Source: Candidatus Krumholzibacteriia bacterium
GTDB taxonomy: Bacteria; Krumholzibacteriota; Krumholzibacteriia; Krumholzibacteriales; Krumholzibacteriaceae
Direction: 5' to 3'
NCBI GenBank assembly: GCA_963836185.1
Contig: CAWIIQ010000001.1
Span: forward strand, 1,760,001 to 1,824,000
Length of the DNA: 64,000 nt
The notes beneath the pieces are model-generated. The model ran no database searches. It saw only the letters and a program-made list of their open reading frames with translations, and was not told the DNA's origin. Every line of letters starts with the position of its first letter. Within the stretch, counting starts at the first letter, position 1. This document shows, piece after piece, positions 47,531 to 57,916 of the stretch. A program made the position numbers and the translations under genes.

Positions 47531-49149
47531 TCTGCCATCCTCTCCCTGTGCCCGAAAGTGCTGGCCGGTCCCCTCCCGGATCCCCTCTTGAGGATCGTGC
47601 CCTGTGCCCGCGAAGGATCGCTGTCGGGCCAGTCCATATTGTAATGCAGTCCCCGCGACTCCTTTCGCAGCGAGGCCGATTCTACCACGAGCGAGCTTAC
47701 CAGTGCGATATTCCTCAATTCCACCATATCACTGGAGATCCCGTACTCATCGAAGAGCATCCTTACTGTCTGCCCTATCTGCCCGATCCTCTGCCGGGCC
47801 AGATGCAGGCGCTCGTCTGACCTGACGATTCCGACGTAATCCCACATCACTCTCCTGACCAGGTCCCAGTCGTGATCCAGTATTACAGTCTCGAGGACCT
47901 TCGGATCAGCAGCTACGGGGATATCATCTTCGACCGGCATGTATTCGTCTTTCCCGGTCCTCCCCGCCAGCAATGCTGCGCAGCGTGCGGCGCCAACGAG
48001 TGATTCGAGTAGCGAATTGCTCGCGAGCCGGTTGGCTCCATGGCAACCGGAACAGGCCACTTCACCGATTGCGTAGAGGCCTTCCAGTGCTGTCGTCCCG
48101 TCCAGTGCAGCCTTCACTCCTCCCACCATGTAATGAGCGGCGGGTACCACGGGTATCGGTTCGGAGCTGATATCTATCCCGAACTCAAGGCATGTCTCGT
48201 AGACAAAGGGGAATCGCTGCCTGAGCCATTCACCGGGCCGGTGAGAAATATCAAGGAGAACGTACTTGTCCCCACTATGCTTCATCTCACTGTCAATCGC
48301 CCTCGCCACTATATCTCGCGACGCAAGCTCACCACGAGGATCGTATTCCTTCATGAACTCTCTGCCATCGAGGGAACGGAGCACCGCACCCTCTCCCCTG
48401 AGCGCCTCTGAGATCAAACGGGATTTGGCATCCGAATGGTAGAGACAGGTCGGATGGAACTGGACGAACTCGAGATTCTCTATCTCTGCTCCGGCCGCAT
48501 ATGCCATCGCTATACCGTCGCCGGTAGCGACATCTGGATTCGACGTGTAAAGGTAGATCTTTCCGGCCCCGCCCGTAGCGAGGACAGTGTTCGAGGCGAG
48601 ATATGTATGAATACCCCCGTCGCCGAGTAACGCATGACAGCCTCGCACCCTGCCCCCTCCATCGACGACAAGATCGACCGCGAGCCTGTCTTCTTCCAGT
48701 TCAATGCGGGGATTCGACGCACAAGCCCTGAGCAGAGTCTCTTCAAGTTCCCTGCCGGTCAGATCGCCGTAGTGAACGATTCTCGGGCGAGTATGCCCTC
48801 CCTCACGGCCGAGCCTGAGGTTCCCGCTGCTGTCGTCCCTCGAGAACCTGACGCCGAGATCGATCAGTTCCTCGATCCTGTCCGGCCCCTCGCGGACCAT
48901 GATCTCAACCGCTTCCCTGTCACAGAGACCGCGCCCGGCCTCGATAGTATCTTCTATATGCAGCTCAAACGAATCCCTCACCCTGTCCATTACGGATGCT
49001 ATCCCGCCCTGGGCATATCTTGTATTCGACTGTTCGGCCTTTTTTTTTGTAAGTACCCGCACATCAGCATATTCCGAGGCCTTCAGGGCAAAGAAAAGCC
49101 CCGCGGCACCGCTTCCGATCACAAGTATGTCACTTCTCACCAGTTCCAT
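47527..49149 (-). CDS. nadB: L-aspartate oxidase
   Basis: IGSGAAG, YAQGGIA, REGGH, QFHPT, SEALRGEG, HGANRLASNSLLE, ESRGLHY. Confidence 0.95.
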   Translation of the reverse strand: MELVRSDILVIGSGAAGLFFALKASEYADVRVLTKKKAEQSNTRYAQGGIASVMDRVRDSFELHIEDTIEAGRGLCDREAVEIMVREGPDRIEELIDLGVRFSRDDSSGNLRLGREGGHTRPRIVHYGDLTGRELEETLLRACASNPRIELEEDRLAVDLVVDGGGRVRGCHALLGDGGIHTYLASNTVLATGGAGKIYLYTSNPDVATGDGIAMAYAAGAEIENLEFVQFHPTCLYHSDAKSRLISEALRGEGAVLRSLDGREFMKEYDPRGELASRDIVARAIDSEMKHSGDKYVLLDISHRPGEWLRQRFPFVYETCLEFGIDISSEPIPVVPAAHYMVGGVKAALDGTTALEGLYAIGEVACSGCHGANRLASNSLLESLVGAARCAALLAGRTGKDEYMPVEDDIPVAADPKVLETVILDHDWDLVRRVMWDYVGIVRSDERLHLARQRIGQIGQTVRMLFDEYGISSDMVELRNIALVSSLVVESASLRKESRGLHYNMDWPDSDPSRAQGTILKRGSGRGPASTFGHRERMAD

Positions 49150-49307
49150 GGCCTGATGACCTCCTGATTGAGATAATATGTGTTTCCAGTCGCAACGTAA
49201 AGAAGTGCATTATGCATATTGCAGGCTCCTTCTCTACCGCATAGTTCCCAGGACTGATATAAGCAACTGCTATTACTTCATATACGTATGTAGCCATCAG
49301 CGTAAAT

Positions 49308-49323
49308 CTGGCACAAACATTGC
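49308..49323 (+). promoter_or_regulatory. Sigma-54 promoter
   Basis: CTGGCACAAACATTGC matches the consensus TGGCAC-N5-TTGC, 55 nt before the ATG. Confidence 0.8.
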
Positions 49324-49377
49324 GTAGTGAGCGTTGAAACACCATGTAGCCAGTAAATTACATCAGGAGGTTACCCG

Positions 49378-49998
49378 ATGTCAGTGAGGAAGATGAGTCT
49401 TTTCGCAGTCGTAATGCTTATGGTGGGCGCCATCATTATGGTCGGCTGTGACAACAAACCGGACAACTACACTACCCGTACGATCGTATACGTAAGTTAT
49501 ATGAACGACGGGATGCCCTATCTCTGCGACGTCCTCAGCCAGGGCGATTCGCTTTACTACCAGGATACTGAGGACTACAAATTCACGGATGACTTTATTA
49601 CCGAGGACAGGGTAAAGGTCATATTCCACAACAGGCCCTACAGCGGCCTGCTCGAGCCGGGCGGATCACTTGGTGATTTCCTTGTCACCGGCTATACAGT
49701 GGAGTTCACGTCGACCGACGGCAATCCTACGCCCCTGCCGCCGTTTACAGGTAACACCAGTGTTCTGATCCCTGAGAACGAGATGATCGAGGCGTGGATC
49801 GTTATCGTGCCCTTCGATGCCAAGACGGTCGATCCCCTTGTCTCGATGCAGTACACGAACCTGGAGATCTATACGAACGCGACGGTCACGTTCAGGGGAC
49901 ACGAGATCCAGACAGACAGAGAGATCACGTTTACAGCAGGTCTCCACGTTAACTTTGGCGATCCACTTATCACAAAGAGCAACGAGGATGATTTCTAA
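49378..49998 (+). CDS. Hypothetical lipoprotein (beta-rich)
   Basis: Lipobox MVGC, RBS AGGAGG, and its own promoter and terminator. Confidence 0.8.
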   Translation: MSVRKMSLFAVVMLMVGAIIMVGCDNKPDNYTTRTIVYVSYMNDGMPYLCDVLSQGDSLYYQDTEDYKFTDDFITEDRVKVIFHNRPYSGLLEPGGSLGDFLVTGYTVEFTSTDGNPTPLPPFTGNTSVLIPENEMIEAWIVIVPFDAKTVDPLVSMQYTNLEIYTNATVTFRGHEIQTDREITFTAGLHVNFGDPLITKSNEDDF

Positions 49999-50035
49999 TA
50001 GACACGGCTAACAGGGTAACCGGTGTTTTATAAAT

Positions 50036-50070
50036 AGCGGCCGTTCTCCGCAAGGGGAGCGGCCGCTTTT
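50036..50070 (+). terminator. Intrinsic terminator between the lipoprotein gene and lpxK (possibly bidirectional)
   Basis: AGCGGCCGTTCTCC-GCAA-GGGGAGCGGCCGCT followed by TTT. Confidence 0.85.
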
Positions 50071-50095
50071 AAAATTCAGGCTTGCGGAAACAATA

Positions 50096-51259
50096 TCAGA
50101 TAACAGGCTCAAGCAGTTCGTCGATACCGTCTATCACCATCTTCATATCGAGCACCAGCAGCCTTACGTCTTTCGGGAAAAGCGCAGCGACCTTTGCCAG
50201 GTCCTTTCCGGTAGTGATAAAAACCGTTCCCTTTCCACATTCTTCGACCATACCCGAGATATCCTCATCCGTATATTCGTGATGATCGTCGTACCTGAAG
50301 GAGACATACGGGTCGAGCCCGAAGTCGACAGCCGTCTTCTCGAATGACACGGCCCTGGCGATTCCGCTGAAAAGAGCGACTTTCGATCCCGCGATCTCAG
50401 CTGACTCCAGACGCTCCCCGTCTCGATCACGGAGCGAGCACGGTTCGTGGCGCGCGAAGAAGACGGGTTTACCGGCGACAAACCGGGCCGCTTCATCGGG
50501 AACCGAGCGACCGGTCGCCCTCGTGAAGATGACCGCTCCGGCCCGTGTCGCTGCCGATGCCGGCTCCCTGAGCGTTCCGTACGGCAAAAGCCAGCCGTTG
50601 CCGAATGGTCTTTCCGCATCGAGGAGAAGGATGTCGAGATCTTTCGGAAGCGCGGTCCTGTGAAACGCGTCATCGAGGATCACATGCGTAGCCCCTGCCG
50701 CTTCCTTTACGGCCCGTATCCCTCTCGCCCTGTCCCTGTCTACAGCGAGAGGCAGCGCGGCCCGGATATAGAGGACCGCCTCGTCTCCCAGTTCCACTGA
50801 AGCTTCGACTTCACTGCCCCCTGTCCATCTCGAATACCCGGCGGGAAAAGCTCCTTCTTTATCAGTGTTGCCGGACGATGAGATCGTATTTCCCGGCAGT
50901 TCAATATTACTGACGTCAGATGTATGGACATTTCCGGGTACAGCTATGCTGCCACCGCCGTTTCGTGTCGCGTTTCCGCCGTAGCCGCGAGTGACAACGG
51001 CCGGTATGTGTCCTCTCGCTCTGAGCGCCGAAGCTATAGAAAGGACGCAGGGAGTCTTCCCGCCTCCTCCGACCTCGATATTGCCGACAGATATTATCTT
51101 CGGTCCAGACGCGGAACCTCGTGCGGCCGGCGCCGGAACCATGCGCGCGTGCAGTCCGTAAAAAAGCGAAAGTGCAAACCTGACCGGGCCGAGCAGCGAC
51201 CACCCGCCGACGCCCATGAAGATCCGCATACGTTTCGAATATCGTTCAACTATCCTCAT
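50096..51259 (-). CDS. lpxK: Tetraacyldisaccharide 4'-kinase
   Basis: ISVGNIEVGGGGKTP, RGYGG, GDEA, ILDDAFH, LLPYGTLREP. Confidence 0.92.
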   Translation of the reverse strand: MRIVERYSKRMRIFMGVGGWSLLGPVRFALSLFYGLHARMVPAPAARGSASGPKIISVGNIEVGGGGKTPCVLSIASALRARGHIPAVVTRGYGGNATRNGGGSIAVPGNVHTSDVSNIELPGNTISSSGNTDKEGAFPAGYSRWTGGSEVEASVELGDEAVLYIRAALPLAVDRDRARGIRAVKEAAGATHVILDDAFHRTALPKDLDILLLDAERPFGNGWLLPYGTLREPASAATRAGAVIFTRATGRSVPDEAARFVAGKPVFFARHEPCSLRDRDGERLESAEIAGSKVALFSGIARAVSFEKTAVDFGLDPYVSFRYDDHHEYTDEDISGMVEECGKGTVFITTGKDLAKVAALFPKDVRLLVLDMKMVIDGIDELLEPVI

Positions 51260-51929
51260 GCGGCCAGACATCCTCACCTGTATATCCTATATCCCTGTCG
51301 AGGCGGGAAGTCAGATCTCCCAGTCGCCTCTCGAGCTCGATCCTCAACTCCTCCCTCTCTTCGGTACCGGCGCCGGCTGGAACGAGCAGAGGATCTCCAT
51401 ATTCCACGATCACCTTCGCGAATGGAGCGGGAATCTGGAACCTGTCCCACGAATCGAATATCTTCCTGCGCCTCGCGGTATTCGTGATCGGTACTATTGC
51501 GCATGAGGCGAGACGGCTCAGCTCGGTCGCTCCCTGCTGGATCCGGCCCCTCGGCCCCTTCGGACCATCTACCGTCAATCCTATATCGTTCCCGTCCGCG
51601 AGTATGCCTTTGAGCTCTCTCAGCGCCCTGGCTCCTCCCCTTGTCGTCGACCCCTTGAGATGGCCGAATCCGAGCCATTCGATCGTCTTACCCATCAGGT
51701 CACCGTCGTAGTGCTCAGATGCGAGAATATAGACATGGCTATTCCTGTGAGACCAGCTCAGAGCGAGCAATCTTCCATGCCAGAAAGTGAATATGACTCT
51801 GTCCGAGATCTTCCGGGCCGCAGCGAGGCGTTCCTTCCCCCTTATCTCGATACGCCAGGTGACTCCCAGTATCCGTATCATAAGAGACGCGAGGAAACTC
51901 GTAACTTTGGCGTTCGGCCTAATCTTCAT
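51246..51929 (-). CDS. DUF374 lysophospholipid-acyltransferase-family protein
   Basis: FWHGRL, ASEHYDG, KGSTTRGG, TVDGPKGP, SWDRFQIP.PF. Confidence 0.88.
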   Translation of the reverse strand: MKIRPNAKVTSFLASLMIRILGVTWRIEIRGKERLAAARKISDRVIFTFWHGRLLALSWSHRNSHVYILASEHYDGDLMGKTIEWLGFGHLKGSTTRGGARALRELKGILADGNDIGLTVDGPKGPRGRIQQGATELSRLASCAIVPITNTARRRKIFDSWDRFQIPAPFAKVIVEYGDPLLVPAGAGTEEREELRIELERRLGDLTSRLDRDIGYTGEDVWPHEDS

Positions 51930-53044
51930 CGCTGTCCCGCCATAGTCAGGGCTCTCTTTGCCAGATTGTCCATCCCGCCATCCAGGCGGAGTGAATCTCT
52001 CAACCCGAGGAGACGGCTTGACACTTCCGTGTACAGGCCGGCATCGCCGAGAAGTCTGTCTGCCTCATGCGCTATACGCGAAGGGACCGCGTCTTTCTGT
52101 ATCAGCTCCGGAACTACCATTTCCCGCGCGAGCACATTCGGCATCGCGATCCATGGGATCTTCACCAGTGACCTCGCAAGCATATAGGTCAGTCCGGACG
52201 TCCTGTAGATCACGACCATGGGCGTTCCGGACATCGCTGTCTGAAGTGTGACAGTGCCAGAGGAAGCCAGGACCAGCTTTACCCCGGAGAGTTCCTCGAT
52301 ACCGCTCCTTGTCACCGTCACGTATTCCTTCATATCGCGGGGAACTGAGAGCAGATCCTCATGTATCAGCGGGGCCGCGCCGAGCCTGAAACGGCACATC
52401 GGCCATTTCTCCTTCAGTATACGAGCCGCGCCGATCATCGGTCCGAGGTGATTGAGCACCTCCTGTTTCCTGCTTCCGGGAAAAAGAAGTATATCGAACT
52501 TCTCGCCGGGGCCTGGCGCTGATTTAGCGACAGGCGGAGCGACGGTCTCATCAAGCATGGGATGGCCGGTGAACAGGACCGGGATACCCTTTTCCCTGTA
52601 GTATTCGACCTCGAAGGGAAGGATGACCGCCATCAGATCGACTATCTTCTTCATCTTCCTCGTTCTCCACCCCGCCCATGCCCAGACCTGAGGGCTTATA
52701 AAATAAAGGACGGGCACACCCCTGTCCCTGGCCTTTGCGGCGATCCTCATATTCATTCCGGGATAATCGACGGGTATATAGAGATCTATCTCTCCGCCGG
52801 AGAGGAGATCTCCGAGTCGTCTCTCGAGATCCCTTATCTTCGGCAGCCCCGAAACGATCTCGGAGAAGCCCATGAATGCATAGTCTTCCAGAGAGAACCT
52901 CACGTCGGCCCCCGCCGCGGCCATAGCTTCCCCGCCCATGGCGATGAATCTCGTTTCGGGTTCCCTCGCTTTTATCGCGGATATGAGAGCGGCGGCGTGA
53001 TGATCGCCGCTTGTCTCGCCGGAGGTTATCAGGATCGTCTTCAT
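51926..53044 (-). CDS. lpxB: Lipid-A-disaccharide synthase
   Basis: GETSGD, DYPGMN, SPQVWAW, ILPFE, GHP, PGSRKQE, SGTVTL. Confidence 0.95.
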   Translation of the reverse strand: MKTILITSGETSGDHHAAALISAIKAREPETRFIAMGGEAMAAAGADVRFSLEDYAFMGFSEIVSGLPKIRDLERRLGDLLSGGEIDLYIPVDYPGMNMRIAAKARDRGVPVLYFISPQVWAWAGWRTRKMKKIVDLMAVILPFEVEYYREKGIPVLFTGHPMLDETVAPPVAKSAPGPGEKFDILLFPGSRKQEVLNHLGPMIGAARILKEKWPMCRFRLGAAPLIHEDLLSVPRDMKEYVTVTRSGIEELSGVKLVLASSGTVTLQTAMSGTPMVVIYRTSGLTYMLARSLVKIPWIAMPNVLAREMVVPELIQKDAVPSRIAHEADRLLGDAGLYTEVSSRLLGLRDSLRLDGGMDNLAKRALTMAGQR

Positions 53045-54018
53045 CCGCCGGGGCGGTCCTTCCTGAGCCGCTCGAGGATCATCTCCGCCGTTTCGAGGGC
53101 GTGCAGCCCCTGTACTCCGGAAACTACCGGTTCGTGCATCCCCTGCGCTGCCTCTATAAAGGAGTAGATCTCCTTCATAAGTGGTTCTCCATCGTCAACG
53201 GTGGTGCCGACAGGTCTAATGAAAGCCATCGGGTCGGATGCGAGTTGTTCGACGGGGACATCGGAAGCCTTGCCGTACGCTTCGATCGACCTCGCCCTGA
53301 GATCGGCCGATACGTACAGATTCTCCTCGAAGAAGCGCATCTTCCTGAGCGGCTCCCGTGAGACCCTGCTTGCAGTAAGGTTCGCTACGCACCCGCCCTC
53401 GAACTCGAGCCTCGCGTTCACGATGTCGGGAGAGCCCGTCAGAACGTGCGCACCGGAAGCACGCAGTTCCACGAGGCGCTTACCTTCGAGAAGGGACAGG
53501 ACAAGATCGATATCGTGAATCATAAGGTCGACGACCACGGATACATCAGTTCCTCTGGGCGTGAAAGTGCCGAGCCTGTGGCATTCTATGAACATCGGGT
53601 TCCTTACGAGGCCTGCGGCGGCTTCGAAAGCGCCGTTGAACCTCTCTATATGTCCGACCTGCAGCACGAGACCGGCCATCGCCGCCGCTTCCACCATCTC
53701 CCTGCCTTCAGCAGAACTCGCGGCGAGCGGCTTCTCGACCAGAACGTGGACACCTTCGGCGAACGCCTGAAGCGCAAGGGACTGATGCGCCGTAGCCGGC
53801 GTGCAGATGCTCACCACGTCGCATTCCGCGAGAAGCTCTGAGGGAGTCCCGCATACACGTGCGCCCCAAGCCTCCGCTATCTCCTGCGCCTTGGCGTGAT
53901 CTGAATCCTGAAGAATGACCTCATCGACTTTATCCGAAGAGGCATAGATCCTCGCATGGTGATTACCGAGACTTCCGGTGCCGATGACTCCGGCCTTAAA
54001 TCCCCGGGACCCGCCCAT
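53041..54018 (-). CDS. gnnA: Gfo/Idh/MocA oxidoreductase, GnnA-like (UDP-GlcNAc 3-dehydrogenase)
   Basis: GTGSLG, EKP, VGHIERFN, DVSVVVDLMIHDID, ANLTASRVS; located between lpxA and lpxB. Confidence 0.7.
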   Translation of the reverse strand: MGGSRGFKAGVIGTGSLGNHHARIYASSDKVDEVILQDSDHAKAQEIAEAWGARVCGTPSELLAECDVVSICTPATAHQSLALQAFAEGVHVLVEKPLAASSAEGREMVEAAAMAGLVLQVGHIERFNGAFEAAAGLVRNPMFIECHRLGTFTPRGTDVSVVVDLMIHDIDLVLSLLEGKRLVELRASGAHVLTGSPDIVNARLEFEGGCVANLTASRVSREPLRKMRFFEENLYVSADLRARSIEAYGKASDVPVEQLASDPMAFIRPVGTTVDDGEPLMKEIYSFIEAAQGMHEPVVSGVQGLHALETAEMILERLRKDRPGG

Positions 54019-54049
54019 AGTTTACCCCGCTTTGCGATGTAAGTGGTTA

Positions 54050-54826
54050 TCAGAGAGTTATTCCGCGCTGCGATCCACGTATGAAATCGAGGAGTATTTC
54101 TATCTCCTCGCTCGGCTCGATCTCTATCTCTATCCGCTCGATCGCCTGCGTTACATTCAGCCCGCTCCTGTAGATCAGCCTGTAGGCGGCCTTGATCCTT
54201 TCGAGCTGGGAATCCTCGAATCCCCTGCGCTTCAGTCCGACAGTGTTGAGCCCCGAGACCTTCACCGGGCTCCCGGCGACCTTGACGTACGGCAGCACGT
54301 CTTTGGCGACACGGCTCCCCCCTCCTACGAAGGAGTGCGCGCCGATCCTTACGAACTGGTGGACGGGAACCATACCACCAAGTATAGCGTGATCGTAAAT
54401 CGTCACGTGTCCGGCGAGGTTGACGGCATTGGCAAGTATAACGTTATCTCCGATCACACAGTCGTGAGCGACATGCGAGTACGCCATCAGCAGGCAGCCG
54501 TTTCCAATTATAGTCGCATCCCCCTCGTTGGTGGCAGCGTTGACCGTAGCGTATTCCCTGATCAGATTGTTATCGCCTATCTTCACCAGTGACCGGGCAC
54601 CGCGATACTTCAGGTCCTGCGGCGGAGTACCCAGTACTGCGCCGTGAAAAATCGTGTTGCCCGCTCCGATCGTAGTAGCGCCATCGATCAGGACATTACT
54701 CGCGATGGAAGTCCCGTCGCCTATCTTCACTTCAGGGCCGATGACAGAGTATGGTCCTATCGTGACATCCTCGCCCAGCTCAGCCCCGTCGTGTACTATC
54801 GCCGCTCCGTGTACCTCGATCGACAT
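54050..54826 (-). CDS. lpxA: UDP-N-acetylglucosamine acyltransferase
   Basis: Hexapeptide repeats, PQDLKY, HVAHDC, LAGHV, VHQF, GLNTVGLKRRGF. Confidence 0.95.
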   Translation of the reverse strand: MSIEVHGAAIVHDGAELGEDVTIGPYSVIGPEVKIGDGTSIASNVLIDGATTIGAGNTIFHGAVLGTPPQDLKYRGARSLVKIGDNNLIREYATVNAATNEGDATIIGNGCLLMAYSHVAHDCVIGDNVILANAVNLAGHVTIYDHAILGGMVPVHQFVRIGAHSFVGGGSRVAKDVLPYVKVAGSPVKVSGLNTVGLKRRGFEDSQLERIKAAYRLIYRSGLNVTQAIERIEIEIEPSEEIEILLDFIRGSQRGITL

Positions 54827-54836
54827 CGTTCCTCCG

Positions 54837-56153
54837 TTATCTCTTCACGATAGTGGACGAAAGATCAGCTTCCGCCACAACACTACCGTCAACGTATGCC
54901 TTGCCCCTCATCTTGCAGAACTTCTTCTTCAGAGAACGCATCTCGAGCTCGAACCTGAGCTGGTCACCAGGAATTACGGGCTTTCGGAATTTCGCCTTGT
55001 CTATAGTCATGAAGTAGACGAGGTAGTCCTCCGGGTTGTCCACGCTGGAGAGAAGCAGGATCCCTCCGACCTGAGCCATCGCCTCGATGATGAGAACCGC
55101 AGGCATGATCGGATGCCCGGGAAAGTGCCCGATGAAGAAAGGCTCGTTTATTGTCACATTCTTGATCCCCACGACCCTCTTGCTGTCCTCAAGCTCGATT
55201 ATCCTGTCTACAAGAAGGAAAGGATACCTGTGGGGCATTATATCCATGATCATATTGATGTCCCAGTGTCCGTCGCCGGGCCCCAGGGTCGATCTCTGCT
55301 TGTTCTTCAAGTCCTGCGCGAGGAGTTTCGCGAAGGGCAGGTTGTAATTGTGCCCGGACCTGATCGCTATGATATGACCTTCGACAGGTGCGCCGGTAAG
55401 TGTGAGATCGCCCACGATATCGAGTATCTTGTGCCTGACGAATTCGTCGGGGAAGCGGAGCGGGGCATCGTTCATTATACCGTTTTCATCGACCACGACG
55501 GCATTGTCGAGGCTGCCGCCCTTTATGAGTCCCTCCTTGCGGAGCATCTCCACATCCGACATGAGGGCGAATGTCCTCGAAGGGGCTATTTCAGAAGCGA
55601 ATGTATCGGGATCTATATCGAGGGAAAAGTACTGTGTGCCGATGAATTCGCTCTCATACTCGATCGTATAGCTCACCTTGAACCCGTCGTATGGGAGTGC
55701 CAGCAGTTCGACATCGTCCTTGTAGAATGAAACAGGCGTCGTGATCTTCAGGTATTTCGCGGGAACACCCTGGTTCTCGACGCCGGCGGCCTTGATCGAA
55801 TCGACCAGTTCCAGCACGCTGCCGTCAGCCGGCTCCGGCGGTTCATCAGCGTCGATGTCGATAACGAGGTTGTCCACCTGCATGCCGGATGCGGCCGCGA
55901 GGATATGCTCCACCGTGTGGATCTGGGCGCCGTGTCTCGTAAGTGTGGTGTTTCTCCTGACCTCTCCCGGATCGATAAATTCTGCTTTCGCGGGGATCTC
56001 GACGACAGGATCCAGATCGACACGGCGGAATATGATTCCGGTGCCGACAGGAGCAGGCTTGAATACGGTACGCACCCTGGCCCCCGTATGAATGCCTATA
56101 CCTTCAAATGTGAACTGATTCTTAATCGTCCTCTGCTGACGGACCACTTCCAT
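54837..56153 (-). CDS. lpxC: Bifunctional LpxC deacetylase / FabZ dehydratase
   Basis: GIGIHTG, TVEH and HKILDIVGD (LpxC), followed by [14 protein letters not shown] and EAMAQ (FabZ). Confidence 0.95.
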   Translation of the reverse strand: MEVVRQQRTIKNQFTFEGIGIHTGARVRTVFKPAPVGTGIIFRRVDLDPVVEIPAKAEFIDPGEVRRNTTLTRHGAQIHTVEHILAAASGMQVDNLVIDIDADEPPEPADGSVLELVDSIKAAGVENQGVPAKYLKITTPVSFYKDDVELLALPYDGFKVSYTIEYESEFIGTQYFSLDIDPDTFASEIAPSRTFALMSDVEMLRKEGLIKGGSLDNAVVVDENGIMNDAPLRFPDEFVRHKILDIVGDLTLTGAPVEGHIIAIRSGHNYNLPFAKLLAQDLKNKQRSTLGPGDGHWDINMIMDIMPHRYPFLLVDRIIELEDSKRVVGIKNVTINEPFFIGHFPGHPIMPAVLIIEAMAQVGGILLLSSVDNPEDYLVYFMTIDKAKFRKPVIPGDQLRFELEMRSLKKKFCKMRGKAYVDGSVVAEADLSSTIVKR

Positions 56154-57183
56154 TTCCTTTCTCCAGAGCATCCACCCTGTTCTGCAGGTTGCGGAATTCC
56201 TTCAGGAGATCGGGCAGGCGTGCGGTAGCCGCGCAGATCTTGCGGGCGAACGAATGTTCCCGGGCTGGATATCCCGAAACGCTGGTCCCTGCTGGAATGC
56301 TCTTGGTAACGCCTCCCTGGGCGCCCACCATAGCTCCATCGCCTACCTTGATATGGCCGACGAGCCCCGCCTGTCCAGCCAGAACCACATTCTTTCCGAG
56401 CTCGGTGCTGCCGGAGATCCCTGCCTGGGCCGCTACCACCGAGTTTTCGCCGATCACGACGTTATGAGCTATCTGCACGAGGTTATCGAGTTTCGATCCG
56501 CGCCCAATAAGGGTGACTCCCGTAGTCGCCCTGTCGATCGTGGTATTTGCGCCGATCTCCACATCTTCCTCGATCCTGACGATCCCGATCTGCGGTATCT
56601 TGTGATGTTCATCCCCGTCCCTCGCGTATCCGAACCCGTCACTCCCGATAACCGCTCCAGAATGGATTATCACCCTGTTACCCACTTCGCACTTCTCCCT
56701 GACTGTCACGTGGGGATAGATAAGGCAATCGTTTCCTATCCTTGCTCCCTCATTGATACATGCGAGCGGAAGGATCGTCGTGCGGTCGCCGATGACGACG
56801 TTATCTTCCAGGACGACATACGCCCCGATCGAGATCTCATCGCCGAGTTTTACGCTTTCAGGGATAATAGCTGTAGGATGCACCTCCCGGCTGTATTTCT
56901 CCAGCGGAGTCTCTGAGAAGAGTCTTACCACCTTGAGAAAGGCCAGGTAGGGGTTGTCGATGCGTATCACGGCTCCGTCGAAGTTGCCGTTTCCGCCTGC
57001 CGCTATCACGGCGGAGGCGTTCGTCGACGCGAGGTACGCCTCGTACTTCGGGTTCGCGAGAAATGTGATCTCGCCGGGCACGGCTTCCTTGAGGCCCGCG
57101 ACACCACGGATCACTATCGATCCGTCGCCGACGACCTCGCCTCCGACTATCCCGGCGATCTCCTCTATACGGTAGGAAGGCAT
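56122..57183 (-). CDS. lpxD: UDP-3-O-acyl-glucosamine N-acyltransferase
   Basis: [36 protein letters not shown]. Confidence 0.95.
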   Translation of the reverse strand: MPSYRIEEIAGIVGGEVVGDGSIVIRGVAGLKEAVPGEITFLANPKYEAYLASTNASAVIAAGGNGNFDGAVIRIDNPYLAFLKVVRLFSETPLEKYSREVHPTAIIPESVKLGDEISIGAYVVLEDNVVIGDRTTILPLACINEGARIGNDCLIYPHVTVREKCEVGNRVIIHSGAVIGSDGFGYARDGDEHHKIPQIGIVRIEEDVEIGANTTIDRATTGVTLIGRGSKLDNLVQIAHNVVIGENSVVAAQAGISGSTELGKNVVLAGQAGLVGHIKVGDGAMVGAQGGVTKSIPAGTSVSGYPAREHSFARKICAATARLPDLLKEFRNLQNRVDALEKGNGSGPSAEDD

Positions 57184-57295
57184 CTCTGTACCGTTCCGTT
57201 ATTGCCTTTATTCCTGAATTTCGAGGAATATTATACCCCGATATCAGCAAAAGCAAACAATATTATGTTCCCCTGACAACATGTATCGCCGTAAC

Positions 57296-57832
57296 TTACT
57301 GTGTTGTCTCCATTTGCGTATCAAGCCTGGCTATGATCATATCGGTGATATCTATCTCTTTGTCAGCATAGACGATCACACCCTGGGAAGAGTCGAGGAC
57401 AAGGGTAAATCCCTCTTCTTCGGCTACCATTTCGATTACGCCATTGATCTTCTCTACTATCGGCTCGGTAAGTTCCTTGTTACGCCTGGCGGCCTCGCCG
57501 TTCTCCCCGAAGATGTCCTGCATGTACTTCTGGTATTCTTTCATCTTCTGGTCGAATACGAGCTTCTTTTCCTCGAGTTTCTCCGCACTGAGCATCAGGC
57601 TCTGGCTCTGGATATCTTCCCTCATACTGGCCAGTTCAGCCTCCATCTCTTCCGCCTGCTTCTTCCAGACGTCTACCTCTTTCTTGTAGACTTCCTCGGC
57701 CTCGATGGTCTCCTTGAAATTCGCGAAGATCTTGACAGTATCGATATAACCGATCTTTACCTCTGCCGAAGCGGGAACTGCCGCAGCCACAAGCATGCAG
57801 AGCGCCAGAACGATAACGGTTAATCTTGTCAT
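57296..57832 (-). CDS. skp: OmpH/Skp periplasmic chaperone
   Basis: Signal peptide, KIGYID, coiled coil, LVLD...DIT; RBS AAGGAGG before the ATG at 57832. Confidence 0.92.
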   Translation of the reverse strand: MTRLTVIVLALCMLVAAAVPASAEVKIGYIDTVKIFANFKETIEAEEVYKKEVDVWKKQAEEMEAELASMREDIQSQSLMLSAEKLEEKKLVFDQKMKEYQKYMQDIFGENGEAARRNKELTEPIVEKINGVIEMVAEEEGFTLVLDSSQGVIVYADKEIDITDMIIARLDTQMETTQ

Positions 57833-57916
57833 ATCGCGCCTCCTTTTTCTCTGTTTTGGATTCCTGTTTTGGATTCCCTGAAAAATAAACAACTTCTCTC
57901 GATCCGTAAACCCTTT

